A DNA stretch of 64,000 nt from Octopus vulgaris (lineage: Eukaryota). Below the pieces are notes generated by a model, which worked only from the letters and a program-made list of their open reading frames with translations, was not told the origin of the DNA and did not search any database. How positions within the stretch are numbered: position 1 is the first letter of the stretch; the number at the start of each line of letters is the position of its first letter. The position numbers and the translations under genes were made by a program. Below are positions 39,232 through 52,210 of the stretch, one piece after another. Where the stretch lies: the NCBI GenBank assembly GCA_951406725.2, contig OX597818.1:29884001-29948000 (forward strand), given 5' to 3'.

Positions 39232-39432
39232 CAGTGCTTTTCAAACTTTTTGCTGGAGCGGAACCCCAAGGAAACATTCCACTGGTTCGAGGAACCCCTG
39301 TGCAATAATTTAATAGTCTTATGCACACATATCTGCACAGGAGAATTAAAAATTACTGCCGATTTTAGCAGTTTTGTAACTTCTTGCGGAACCCCTGGAC
39401 TGTACTGGCGGAACCCTGGTTGAAAACCACTG
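39232..39432. mobile_element. hAT (Charlie-like) MITE, 201 bp
   Basis: TIRs CAGTGCTTTTCAA / TTGAAAACCACTG; near-8-bp TSD gtatatca / gtatatat; repeated ggaaccc subterminal motifs. Confidence 0.85.
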
Positions 39433-39805
39433 GTATATATCATGCGTCTACTTCGTTTTAAGACCGATGAGTTTTATTTGTGCAAGATTTCGTTGCTATT
39501 TCTTGCAGGAAGAATAACTGCTTACACATTCCTTCATTTCTGACACATGGCTAGACAGTATTTATTAGTTAGTCTCTGTGTTTAAATACTAAACACTGAA
39601 TAAGTCGGGTGTTTTTCTATTTGCTTTCGAAAAAATAAATTCTTGTTACAGTTTTATAGACCAATAAATGGATGACTAGAATTTGTTTATATATTAATCG
39701 ACTGCAACTTCTCTACAAATATGTGATCTTGTATCACGAATAAACAAAAATTCGGCGAAGTTTCGAAAAATTCTGTAAAGAAAATGATTAATAGTGTGAT
39801 CTGTT

Positions 39806-40107
39806 CTGTTGTGTCTGGGGAGAGTAATTTTCTTTTTGTGCCTTATAATGTAACACACTCACCTGTAAAATTTCCACTTATTTTTATTTTCCTAAAATTT
39901 TCATTGCATCTTGCAACCTTTTCAAGAGTCTTGAAAAGGTTGCAAGATGCAACGAAAATTTTAGGAAAATAAAAATAAGAAATAGGTGGAAATTTTACCG
40001 GTGATATTATAAGGCACAAAAAGAAAATTACTCTCCCCAGACACAACAGAATATTCTTCAACACACGAACTCATATAAAGAATCTTGCAAACCAAATCCA
40101 AAAACGA
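39806..40107. mobile_element. Second family C fold-back element with two divergently oriented hammerhead-like cores
   Basis: Same arms and 3' end (caaaccaaatcc.aaaacga) as 35607-35896; cores at 39892-39930 (-) and 39928-39964 (+); TSD agtgtga(tc/ca)tgtt. Confidence 0.82.
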
Positions 40108-40344
40108 AGTGTGACATGTTATTTCGCCCAAATCAACCCTGATCGAGGATATCCCAGTTGTGGCCATCTCGTCTGTTTTTTAGTGTGTTTAAAATTACTT
40201 CATTTAATACGTCCTTGGTTAAGAAGTTAGGGTTGTTTTCTTTAACTCCCGGCCACCAAAACAAAGAAAAACAAGAGTAATAGGTGTAAAGAAATGTGTA
40301 TTAAAATAATATGAAAACAAAAATTTGCGCCAACGAACCGGGAG

Positions 40345-40690
40345 GTAGGGAGAGGACTTTCGGAAAATTCACAACATCCGATTTTTTCCCTCAATTACTT
40401 TTAGGAAAATACATATATTTTAGTGAAATTTTATGAAAATACCTTTCAAACGGCATAGATTACAATTTTAATGAAATTAGTGGGGAAAATTTTTCCGAAG
40501 GGGTGGGGAGAGGTCTTTCGGAAAATTCACACGATCCGATTTTTCCCCTCATAACTTGTAAGAAAATGGATACCTTTTAATGAGATTTTATATAGATACT
40601 TTTCAAACGGCATAGATTACAATTATAAAGAAATTTGTGGGGAAATTTTTTTCTGAGGAGGTGGGGAGATGACTTTCAGAAAAATGTGAT
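40345..40690 (+). repeat. Tandem repeat with a unit of about 158 bp, about 2.2 copies
   Basis: gggagaggactttcggaaaattcac recurs at about 40348, 40506 and 40664; tttcaaacggcatagattacaatt occurs twice. Confidence 0.85.
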
Positions 40691-41089
40691 AAGATCATCT
40701 TATTTCTATTATATTTGAAATATATATTTCAGTATTGCCCACAAGGAGCTAAACACAGAGGGGACAAACAAAGACAGACAAAGAGATTAAGTCTACTACA
40801 TCGACCCCAGTGCGTAACTGGTACTTTATTTATCGACCCCGAAAGGATGAAAGGCAAAGTCGACCACGGCGGAATATGAACTCGGAACGTATCGACAGAC
40901 GAAATACAGCTACGCATTTCGCTCGACGTGCTAACGTTTCTGCCAGCTCGCCGCCTTTGTATATTTGAAATATAGTATATATACTGACGAGGCACAAACG
41001 TATAGAAAATATATATAAATATACCTTTTTATAATGAATAATTTATATCCTAATGTGAACAGCATTACTCATAGGGCAACTTTCCATCT

Positions 41090-41520
41090 TTACGACCATG
41101 GCAGCGGAATGCTTTAATTGACTGAAAGTACATGGCCTCCTCAATCATCATCTCAACTGTCCTGTATGTGATCGGCCAATGGGAGAAATGATAGGCAACA
41201 AATTGACAGATGGCATTATATGGTCATGTGGAAGGCCATGTAGAAAAAGAATTTCCATTTGCAAAGGTACCTTTCTTGAAAGTAGCAATCTAAGGTGTCA
41301 CCAAGTAATTGATTTGCTATATTTTTGGTTCCATAGATGTTTGGAAAAGAAAACTGTACACGAATGTGGCATTGCAAAGGAAGCCTTGGTGGATCGGCAC
41401 AATTTTTGCCCTGACATGTGTGGGTAATGCTATGTTACTCAAAACATACAGCTGTTTAGTGGTGGGGAACAGAATTGTGGATATTGGTGAAAGCACGTTT
41501 GTCAAATGAAAGTATTATAA
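41090..41520 (+). mobile_element. Merlin (IS1016-like) transposase N-terminal fragment
   Basis: DGIIWSCGRPCRKRISICKGTFLESSNL..LLYFW..LVDRHNFCPDMC..GNRIVDIGESTFVKxKY matches the Merlin pattern WRC..C..SIR.GTFF, VDW.NFCREVC and VEIDES.F.KRKY. Confidence 0.78.
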
Positions 41521-42921
41521 CTTGATAAATATATGTACAAACCGGAGCTTTGTGATTGAATTCGGTAGGTGGAAGTTACTGCCGTGTGTGTATGTGTGCA
41601 TATAGCTGCTCAGTGCCTCTCCGAAAGAGAGAGAGAGGGATATAGATGCAGGTATAACTATGTGGTAAGAAGCTTGCTTCCCAACCACATGGTCCCGGGT
41701 TCAGTTCCACTTTGTGACCTCTCGGGCAAGTGTCTTCTGTTGTAATCTCAGGCTGACCAAAGCCTTGTGAGTGGAGTTGGTAGACAGAAACTGAAAGAAG
41801 CCTGTCATATGTTTATGTATATACATATATTTGTGTGTCTGTGTTTGCCCGCCATTGACAACCAGTGTTGGTGTGTCTACATCCCTGTAACTTAGTGGTT
41901 TGGCAAAATAAATCAATAAAATAAGTACCATGCTTAACAAAATAAGTAATGGGGTCAATTCATTATCATCATCATCATCTTCATGATTTAGCATCTGCTT
42001 TCCATGCTGTCATGGGTTAGACTGTTTGACTGAAACTGACAAGCTGGAGTGCTGTACCAGGTTCAAGTCTGATTTGGTGTCCTTCCTTTTTAAAAATGGT
42101 AGGATGTAGTATGATAGTAATTTGACTGCTAATTTGTTAACTAAGTAACTGAATAGAAGCTCTCTTTCTCTCATCTCTCATGTCAATAGGTCAGGTGCTA
42201 AATATATACTGGAATTGATTCAATTAATCACTATCAACCCTCACAAAAGCTGGCCAATTACCTAGCTTAAAGAAACTATTATTAGTATTGAATTTAAAAG
42301 CTTGTGTAGTGTTTGCAATTAAACGAAAATTCTAAAATGCTTTACAAAACTTCTGATTTACTTGTGTTACTAAACATATTAGTATGAAAATTATATTTTT
42401 ATTACATTCTGGGATTGAAATTAAAAATAAATCTGAAAGTATTTTCAGAGTGTACCACAATGGTATCAATTGGAGAAATGAAATTATATTATGAGGCTAT
42501 GCCTTGATAAAAGTTCATAATCATTTGACCATGTGATTTTCCTGTTGAAATACAGTTGTTTTCTGATAAATGTTATACTTTATGAATCCTTTTTTCCAGA
42601 CATACCAACATTTACTTGCAACATCTTTCTTCTTTCCTAAGTAATTATTAAAAAAGTTTCAGCCATGATGAACCCTTTTTATGTATATGTAGGACTACAT
42701 TATTAAACATGATCCTCCTTGAGATGCTAGGTTTTGATTTGAGGGAAATCGGTTGTTATTTTTAACAGATCAAGTGACTGCACTGAAATTCCCTTGTTAG
42801 CACATATTATGTTTTCTTTTGTATGTTTGCTATTTTTGAACAATAACTCAAAAAATATTTTTGCTTTAATTCTCTTAACAGTTATTGTTGGCCTGGTCAG
42901 AATTTTTCCACTACTCTCATA

Positions 42922-43044
42922 ATGACAAGGCATGCTAAAAATTGTACAGCTGGTACTGTATATACTTACCATGAACGTAAGAAAGATACTGCAACATCAG
43001 GCTATGGTAGCAAAAGTATTCGTGTCGGGAAAGATTCAGTCAAG
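42922..43044 (+). CDS. NOSIP: Nitric oxide synthase-interacting protein, coding exon 1
   Basis: MTRHAKNCTAGTVYTYHERKKDTATSGYGSKSIRVGKDSVK, close to the human N-terminus MTRHGKNCTAGAVYTYHEKKKDTAASGYG; donor gtaaat, phase 0. Confidence 0.97.
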
Positions 43045-44064
43045 GTAAATATATATCTTTTTATCATACAAGTCTTGAGGAAATGCTTGTGATTTATTTT
43101 TCCTTTCCATAAACAAGTAGAAGTTTTTTGTTAGTGTCAGGTCCATGTTTCCATGCTGCACACACTGTTTATCTGCATTTGATTATGTAAAATGCATAGC
43201 TGACAACTTTGTAGGTATGAAATTCTACAAAGAAGCTATCTAAATAACATTCAATGAGTAGTTGTTACTGTTTAGCACCAGGTCAGCTTGATCATGCAGA
43301 TCTTTGATCAAAGACAAAATAAACTACTTGTGTCAGTTGTTAGTTGTCAGGACACTGCATCCTTCAAAAATTCCATGCTTCCTGAAATTTGCCAACATGT
43401 CTCCTGACATATGTAATGCACTCTTTCCTCTTTATGGCCCTTTAATGTTAAGTTCTCTATCTTTTTGTATATTTTATTCTATGTACAGTGCCTGTACTTC
43501 TCCCCTCAAAATTGCTGTCTTTGTACCAAAATTAGAAAGTATTATTATTATTGTTATTATTATAGTTTCAAATTTTGACACAAGGCCAGCAGTTTTGGAA
43601 GAAGGGGATAAGTCAATTACATCAACTCCACTGTTCAACTGGTACTCAATTTATTGATCCCAAAAGGATGAAAGGCAAAGTCAACCCCAGTGGAATTCAA
43701 ACTCAGAACATAAGGACAGACAAAATGCCACTAAGCATTTTACCTGGCATGCTAAATTTTCTGTCAGATCACTGCCTTCAACAACAACAACAACTATTAT
43801 TATTATTATTATTTTTTTTTTTTTTTTCAAATTTTGGGATAAGGCCAGCAATTTCAGGAGGGTGGGGCAAGTCGAGTACATACCCCCAGTGCTCAATTTA
43901 TTTTGTCAACCCTGAAAGGATGACGACCTCATTGGAATTCGAACTCAAAATGCAAAGACAGACGAAATGCTGCTAAGCATTTTGTCCAGCACCACCCACC
44001 TTATCCAGTAATAATAATAACTAGCTGAACCCATGAAAAATTCGCAGAAAATATAAAAAATGTA

Positions 44065-44301
44065 TTACAGAGCTGTACTTGCATGGCAAGTGACCTGATC
44101 TGAGATCGTGTTCTGAAACAAAAACAATTGCAGCATGGAAGGTGTTTATAAGCCATTTAAAAAACACATGAAAACCATTAGATACACTTTAACATTTAAA
44201 TTTATTTTGCCAAAATATTTTCGTTGCTTTGAGACCGCGACCTAATCACTGACAAAATTCTGGTTTTTGTGTGTTTTTTAAATGGCTTAAAAACATCCTC
44301 C
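44065..44301 (-). mobile_element. Fold-back non-autonomous element (family D) with hammerhead-like motif
   Basis: TSD ataaaaaatgta (44053-44064 and 44302-44313); inverted segments gtttataagccatttaaaaaacaca / tgtgttttttaaatggcttaaaaac. Confidence 0.8.
44205..44257 (-). ncRNA. Hammerhead-like motif with G3-U8 core variant
   Basis: UUUUGUCA-GUGAUUA-G-GUCGC(ggucucaaa)GCAAC-GAA-AAUAUU-U-UGGCAAAA: 8-bp stem I, stem II with one mismatch, palindromic stem III. Confidence 0.62.
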
Positions 44302-45579
44302 ATAAAAAATGTAATCATCTGTATTTCTTACATATAAAAATAAGTTGTACTTATTTTTATTACTTCTAATGTAACATCTGTTCTCCTTCAGTTATTGGAA
44401 CTACTTTAGGTCCTTAACGTTGCAAGTTATGTGGTGATAATCATTAATGTTTGTGCCATGAAAAAACACAGTGTACTCTGTGAAGAGGTTGGCATTAGGA
44501 AGTACATCTAACTGAAGAAGTCATGCCAAAGTAGTCATTGATGCACAAGCTAGTCTTCCAACTTGTCAGATCCTGTCAAATTGTCTAACTCATGGAAGCC
44601 AAAAGAGTAACGTGTTTTAGGTAGAAATGGAAATGCACCAGATTGAAGTGTCATCACCAGCATTTTATATCTACTTTTCCATTCTGGCATGAGTTGGGCA
44701 GTTTTTCAGAGTTAGTGTTATGCTGCCAGTTGCCTTTCCTGTTGCAGTTCCTTTTAGTTACCTCCTATGGCATGTATCTATTCTAAAACTGGGATACACA
44801 TGATAAAAAAGCACCTGACTAAATGACACAGTATATAGCAATCCCACAAGAAAGATTGTGTGCAGTCACTTAAGCTGATTGGAAATAGCAAACAAGTCTC
44901 TATGAAATCAATCTTAATTGTCTTAAAAAAAAACGAGAATATAGTTATTGATCATAGGTTTGCTCAATCATAGATGACTTGCAGTTAAATGCAAGTATTT
45001 AGTTTTTCCTGCCTAATTTCTGGTTTCAACTTCTGCTTGGTTTAACTGTATTTTATAAGATCATGCACCTTTAACAAACCAAATAAATTCACTTGACTTC
45101 ACTCTACCCTTTATAAGAATTGCTATAGTATTTAGTCAGTAGAAAACATTATAACCTGTACATTTCATATATAAAATGGTGTAGGGTAGGGTTCAGTAAA
45201 GAAGTACCTATCCATGATGGTGGATTGGCAGAACTGTAAGAGCAAACTGGATGCCTTACAATATGTGTTCCTGTCCTTTGCAGTATTTGTTCCTGCTCAA
45301 ATCCCACCATAGTCTACTTAACACCACCACCTAGCGTCTTGGGAAACATTCGGACTGGATTTCTGATTTGAGGATACCTTCTTCCCTCTATTTGACTGAT
45401 CTTGAAAACCCTGTAACAAGTCAAGGGTACTGCCTTTCCTCTTGACTAAAAGATTACAAAAACCCCTACAAATGGTGTTGGTCATAACAATGCTATTCTC
45501 CCAGTTCTTTTTTTTATTTATTTATTAGTAAAAGCCAATTTCAAAATTAATATTGAGTCATTCTATATTTATTTCATAG

Positions 45580-45632
45580 GATTTTGATTGCTGTTCCTTG
45601 ACTCTTCAACCTTGCCGGAATCCTGTCATAAC
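45580..45632 (+). CDS. NOSIP: NOSIP coding exon 2
   Basis: DFDCCSLTLQPCRNPVI(T), the start of the U-box/RING-like domain; tttcatag acceptor, gtaagt donor, phase 2. Confidence 0.97.
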
Positions 45633-45855
45633 GTAAGTAATGGTCTTAGGTTTCAAAGTTATGTAAGATTATAAACCGTTGAAACAAAAGTTGACTGCAA
45701 TTCTCGTATGTAAAATAACTTTTGTAATTGCCTGTTAATACCTGTTGTGCATTTAGATCCTACTTTCCTTTTTTTTATTGACAAAATAAAATATCAGTGA
45801 AATACTGAGGAGGGATTTTCACTCCAGTTTGTAACTTTAGTCTAATGGAATATAT

Positions 45856-45892
<37 letters not shown>

Positions 45893-45923
45893 TTATATTT
45901 ATATATATATATATACATACATA

Positions 45924-46135
45924 CAGGGTGTCCCAGAAGTCGTGCACCACTGTGGTTTCTTAAAAGAATACACTCTTACTGATTTCAAAATTACATTATG
46001 TTATTGAAATTAATCATAACAAATGTTCAAATTGAGCACCCTCTACAATAAAACATGCCAAAAAAATAATAAAATAAAATGCTTTAGTTATTTTTAATGA
46101 AAACCAGAATGGTGTGTGACTTCTGGGACACCCTG
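45924..46135. mobile_element. Tc1/mariner MITE, 212 bp
   Basis: TIRs CAGGGTGTCCCAGAAGTC / GACTTCTGGGACACCCTG within a TA-rich site. Confidence 0.88.
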
Positions 46136-46920
46136 TGTATATATATGTGTGTGTGTGTGTGTGTGCAGGCATAGCTATGTGGTAAGAAGCTTGCTTCTCA
46201 GCCACAAGGTTCCAGGTTCAGTCCCACTGTGTGGTACCTTGCACAAGGGTTTTCTACTATAGTCTGACGCTGACCAAAGCCTTGTGAGTAGATTTGGTAG
46301 ATGGAAACTGAAAGAAGCCTGTTGTATATATGTGTGTGTGTGTGTCTTTGTATCTGTGTTTGTCCCTCTATCACCACTTGACAACTGCTGTTGGTGTGTT
46401 TACATCCCCATAACTTAACAGTTTGGCAAAGAGATCAATGGAATAAGAACTAGGCTTAAGGGGTCAATTTGTTTGACTAAAAAAGCCCTTCAAGGTAGTG
46501 CTTCAGCATGGCTGCAGTCAAATGACTAAAACAAGAAAAAAAAATAAAAGACTATATATATATATATAATGTACCTGGTGAACTAATTCTGAAATTTGGT
46601 ATCAATTCCCAATGAAAACTATCTCAACTCATTTGTATTTTATTTTATATCTTGCACAGTTTTAACCCAATAACTTTTACAGTAAAACTGGAGGGTTTGG
46701 TTTGAATAGCTGTAAGTTGACAAGGGATTCCAGAGAGTTGATATTTTGAGAGGAAGGTTGGTGTATGGTAATTTGGGTGGAGGCTAGAAGGAAAGATAGA
46801 TGTATCGGGTGGACTAGAGTAGAAATGGTATGCACTTCACTTATATTGCCAATATTCCTGAGAAAAAAACCCCATAACTTTCCATATCTTTTGCATTAGA
46901 ATTTGGTATATTATATATAT

Positions 46921-47345
46921 ATGATGGCCGTCCACTCATAACCAAGGAAGACCATTGCTGACCTTTAGGAATATTGTGCACTCTAGGACTAACTTATATT
47001 TTGCATTTGTGGCAATGGTGGTGGCTAACGAGCCCTGCTCTTGACAAGCATACACAACTGCAAACTTTGCAAACCAAGCTTTCCCCATTCACTATGCTAG
47101 CAGTACACTTTCAAACAGCATGCTTAAATTCTTCATGAAGAATATGTGCTGTTTCAAAGGTGTCAGTCCCATCCTTAACCTGCTTCCTCCATCTGTGGCA
47201 ATGACTGGCATTACTCTCCCAGTCGGTTTCCTGCATATCACAGGCCTTTAATGAGGACTTGATACAGTTGTTAAAACACAGCCTTGGTTTCTGCCAGGGC
47301 CCCTTTCCACTAACAAGTTCCTCATATAGCATCTGTTTAGAGATA
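46921..47345 (-). mobile_element. RTE-BovB-like LINE 3' end
   Basis: KQMLYEELVSGKGPWQKPRLCFNNCIKSSLKAC...WESNA...RWRKQV. Confidence 0.8.
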
Positions 47346-47527
47346 TTTTGTATCAATCTAAGATTGTGGGAGATTGCTTTAAAAGTTATATTATATCTTT
47401 GAGTCAAGCAAGCTGAAAATATATTACAACTCCTATTTTATAGTTGAAAAGACATCCAGCTCATGATTCAGTAAATCAAGCAATTGTTAAAAAATATCAG
47501 AACAATACGAGAAATAGTTAATGTTTC

Positions 47528-47830
47528 AAACATCCAGTCAACATCATGGTGCTTGGAGTGATTGCCAGTGATGGCGACGTTATGCCTCCATTCATCTTCC
47601 CACATGGCCTCAGACACAACATCGAGGACTATATCAAGTGCCGGGAGGAGGTAGTGCTGCCCTGGGTCAAGAGGGTGGCTACAGGAAGACCCTATGCCTG
47701 ACAACAGGACTTTGTACCATGCCACACAAGCAGGAGAACCCAGTCATTGCTGTCAGACAATTTCTGCAACCACATCACCCCTAACATCTGGTTACCTAAT
47801 TCTCCACACTGCAACCCCTTGGATTATTAT
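47528..47830 (+). mobile_element. maT (DD37D) transposase fragment
   Basis: KHPVNIMVLGVIASDGDVMPPFIFP...QQD...WLPNSPHCNPLDYY, with 37 residues between the two Ds. Confidence 0.88.
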
Positions 47831-48721
47831 TTAGATTTTCCTTGTTAAGCATTTCCTTAATTTTCATTAATTACTCATCGTGCGGTAATGGACGAGTGCT
47901 CTCCCTTACTTAAACTAGCGGTTGAGTTGTATTTGTTGAATAGAATATTAATGTAGTATTATTTGTTGAATCATTTTTTCATTCAGGTGTTTTTGAGCAA
48001 GGTATGCTACGATATAATTCTTTCTTAATGGATTTGCAATATCATGAATATATGTAGAAAAGCTAAGCTCCTGGTGAGAACATTTCGTTCTTCTAAAGAA
48101 CAAATCTAGGTGAAAATTTCCATGGGACCATATTTGGTATTTTGCGTGGAGGCAACCCTTATTTTTTTCTCACTTATTTAAGTGCAGATGATCTTATATT
48201 GGTCGATTTGTTTAGCACCTGAGTGCATGATGTTTTCACATAGACTCTTGATGGAGAATTTCTATGTTGGATGAGATGGTATCTAAAATTCTCTGTATTT
48301 AATGTAGACGTTTATGATGTCAATTGGACAACATTTAAAGCTTGATGATTGATACAATGCAAGACTTGCTTTGTATCAATAAACAAGCTTTAAATGTGGT
48401 CCAATCGATGTGCTGGTTAATTTATGTTTTTCTCCATTTTCTAATCATTTGCATTGCCTCCTGATAAACTTTTGTTTATTCTATTGTCACCTGCACTTGA
48501 CGTACATGGTGTCCCTGCATACTATTGCCTGGGGATAGCACAAGTAACAGATGCTGATAGTATATACAGATATTTTATCCCTTGGCTGGTTACTACAACC
48601 ACTAACTCTCTCTTTCTCTTTCTATATATACATACATACATATACAATAAGCTTCTTTGAGTTTCAGTCTACCAAATCCACTCACAAAGCTTTGGTTGGC
48701 CCAAGGTGCCATGCAGTCGGA

Positions 48722-49310
48722 CTGATCACTTAGCAGAACATGGTATACTCAAGCTGATCTCCATGTTCTTCTTTATAGTTTTCCATTTCTCTAGCATTTC
48801 TTTCCTCTCTAAGAGTTTTTCCATCTGGTCCCTGCTGGCTTCCAGTTTTCACCTTTTACATGCAGCTTTTAATTTTCTGGTTCAGGCTATTGTAGTCTTC
48901 ATCAACCTCTTCAGTTTGACCCCAAACTTCCTTCTTGATAGCATCCTGAAACTGCACCGCATCAAAGGTCTTGACACATTGATTCTTTGTTGAGATGTGC
49001 AGAGCCTTCTTCTTTCTGATTTTGTTGATTACAATCTTTACCAGTAGCAAGTATTGAATGGCACTATCTCCAAGACACCCTGCATCATTGCGCCATCTGT
49101 TGATTGTAATCCATTTCATTTTTATACTGAGCATTTGGGGCTATCCAGGCCCATCTCTCTCCAGATTGCTTCCTGAATAGGTTGTTCCTAATGTAAAGTT
49201 TTCCTACCTCAGCCATGGTAACCAAGTCATTTCTCTCTCCTGATTGAAACTTCTCAACATATTTCTTTCCCTGCCATCCTTTTCCAGTTTTTGCTTTGAA
49301 ATCTCTTTTC
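48722..49310 (-). mobile_element. RTE-like LINE endonuclease fragment
   Basis: LYIRNNLFRKQSGERWAWIAPNAQYKNEMDY resembles the RTE APE motif NT.F.K...RWTW.SP....NEIDY. Confidence 0.72.
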
Positions 49311-49954
49311 ACTATGGTGTAAGTGGATTTGTTAGCTTCTTTTTTTTGTTGTCATAAATTTCTTCCACTTGAAGCCTTTTCAAGCATTTGTGGATGATCT
49401 TCAGGGTAATATTTTCTGAAAGGTGAATGTTAAGTATTATCTTGACCATTAATTCAGAAATTAGGTCTCTTTAATTTTTTCATTTTTGTTGTGAAAGATG
49501 GCTCAAGTCAATGGGGCTTCAAATGCTTTCTAGTGGGTTGATCATTGTTCACCCTGACAGGCTGAATTTTTTATTCAGACAAAAAGACTTTAATGTGATA
49601 CAGAAAAGTAAAACATTTATATCATTTTGAAATGAAAATTTAATTTTTCCAAGATCAATACACTACTATGCAGATCTCTTATTGTTATTTCTTATGACAG
49701 TTATTTTTCTATAAGTAATGATTAGCAAAGAATGTAAGCTGATGATATATTCTTTGCAAGCTCAACCCACAAATTGGTTTCATTTACCATCTAGTGTTGC
49801 TTTACTTAACTAGTGCCTCAATAAATGCGTGAATGTTGTAATTTTTATTTGATCATGTTTGGAAATCAATAGGAACAGTTACCTACTGCTGATTACAAAA
49901 TGTGTTCATTAGACATGTGAATAATTGATTTTTCTGTCAAAGGAAGGTGATAAA

Positions 49955-50595
49955 TAGATTTAGATTGTATGATGCCTGTGTGTGAATAACCATGCTACAT
50001 GGCTGTGACTGCTGAGGATATGCGCTTGAAAGAAATGAAGCTAGTATGCTTTGCTGGATGTACATTGTCAGTGTGCATGTATGACAAAGTGTGAACATCT
50101 TGAGAGAAAAGTTGGGCATAAGAAGCATCAGCTGTAGTGTGCAAGAGAGACAACTGTGCTGGTATGGTCATCTGGTGTGTATGGATGAGGACAGCTGTGT
50201 AAAAAAGAACTGATCTCTAACTGTGGAGGGAGCCTGTGGAAGAGGTAGACCCAGGAAGATATGAGGTGGTGAAATCTGATCTTGAAATGGGTCTCACAGA
50301 GGCAATGAGAAGTGACCAAGACCTTTGGTGATATGCCCTACTTGAGAAGACTCATCAAGCCAAGTGAAATCGTAGTTGTGGCTGATGTCAGTGGCACATA
50401 AAAGCACCCATGCTTGTTGCACATAAAAAGCACTCATTACACTCTCGGGGTGGTTGGCATTTGGAAAGGCATCCAGCTGTAGAACCATGCCAAATCAGAC
50501 TGGAACTTGATGCAGCCCTCAGTTTACCAGTTCCAGTCAAACTGTCTAACCCATGCCAGCATGGAAGCAGATGCTAAATGATGATGATGATGATG
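49955..50595 (+). mobile_element. RTE LINE 3' fragment with (GAT)n tail
   Basis: Homologous to 21700-22770. Confidence 0.85.
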
Positions 50596-50880
50596 TGTAG
50601 TGACCAATAAGGTCAACTATCATGAAAATAGAAAATATACTACCAATCATCAATGCTTGTAAATAATATTTTAATATTCTAAACTTAGTAGCTATTTTCA
50701 AGAAACTTAGTTACAATATAGGAATAACTAATAGGAAATATTCAATAAGTTAGTATTTGTCAATTTTTGTAGCAGTTTATATTAAAAACTGCTAAAATGT
50801 ATATAAATGTTGATAAATTGTTTTATTGTTATTGTTTATTTTGATTGCTAAATTCTATAAGTCCATTTTTTTCCTTTTAG

Positions 50881-50992
50881 ACCTGATGGCCATCTTTATG
50901 ATAAAGAAGCTATTCTGGAATATATTATTCACAAGAAGAAAGAAATTGCTTTAAAACTGAAGAAATATGAAAAGCAAAAGTCTAAAAATGAA
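50881..50992 (+). CDS. NOSIP: NOSIP coding exon 3
   Basis: (T)PDGHLYDKEAILEYIIHKKKEIALKLKKYEKQKSKNE; ccttttag acceptor, gtatgt donor, phase 0. Confidence 0.97.
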
Positions 50993-52210
50993 GTATGTAT
51001 TCATATATTTAATTTTAAGCTTAGCAGATCAAAAGGATTTGTTACTAAAGTGGAAAAAACCCCAAAAAACCTGACAACCTCCTTGATTAAGGCTAGATTA
51101 CAATCTCATAAGTTGTATGTCTGCTGTTTAGATAGTGTTATTTATTTATCATTTTTTTTTTAATAATGTACTTATTTCTATGTTCTTCAGTTTGCTAAAC
51201 TTTGAATAATAAGATTTAGACACGTGAATATTTCTTGTCTTGAACAAGACTGACATCCTAATTACTGAAATTGTGTTACTCTCTTGTGATCATATATGGC
51301 TTGTTTTACATTTTCATTTTCAGTTTTCCAAATCTAAATCCAGTGGAGACATTTCTTTCTACAAGCCTTTTCAAACACATTCTATGATGCTAATGTCAAG
51401 TTATCTGGTTTTATCTGACATTGTAGCTGGCAGTGGGGGGATATCTAACTGCATTCTCATGAAATCCAATATCATGATGAATATAATAATTATCATCATT
51501 GTTGTCATAAAGTAAAAAAAGTGATGTGTTAGAATTTTTTAGATAAATTGATAGAACATTTGTTTACTCTGTTGAGATTTATATTTAGATAAATTGATAA
51601 AACATTTGTTTACTTATTTACCATTATCTTAGAATTAAAAATGTAATCAGTAGATAAATTAATAAAATGTTTACTCTATTAAATAAGTGTTATGTTTGCT
51701 AATACAAAGATCAAATCTTGCTTTACATGGGATACAGTATTCACTGTATTCAGTTGTAGTCATAAATGGGATATGAAATAACAAGAATAACTTGTGTCGC
51801 TTTGAGGACAAAAGCATAATCTGTCTGTCTGTTGTTTTAATATCCACTTTTCCATTCTTGCATTGGTTGGATTGAATTTTGTTGAGGAAGAGATTTTCTA
51901 TGACCAGATGCTCTTCCTGTTGCCAACCCTCAGCTGTTTCCAAGTAGGGTAATAAAATAATTCCCTATAAGATGAATGGAGGACACTGCTTGCATGATTA
52001 TCACTCTCGTTTACAACTATCACATGATGTCAAGGCAAGGAGACAGTAACATATACATCTGTCTTTCTGTCTACCAGTACACACACACACACACAACAGG
52101 CTTTTTTCAATTTCTATCTACTAAATCTTGTCACAAGGCCTTAGGCTATAGCAAAAGACACTTGCCCAAGGTGCCAAATATTTCCATATTTGAAAAAAAG
52201 TATATTTATT

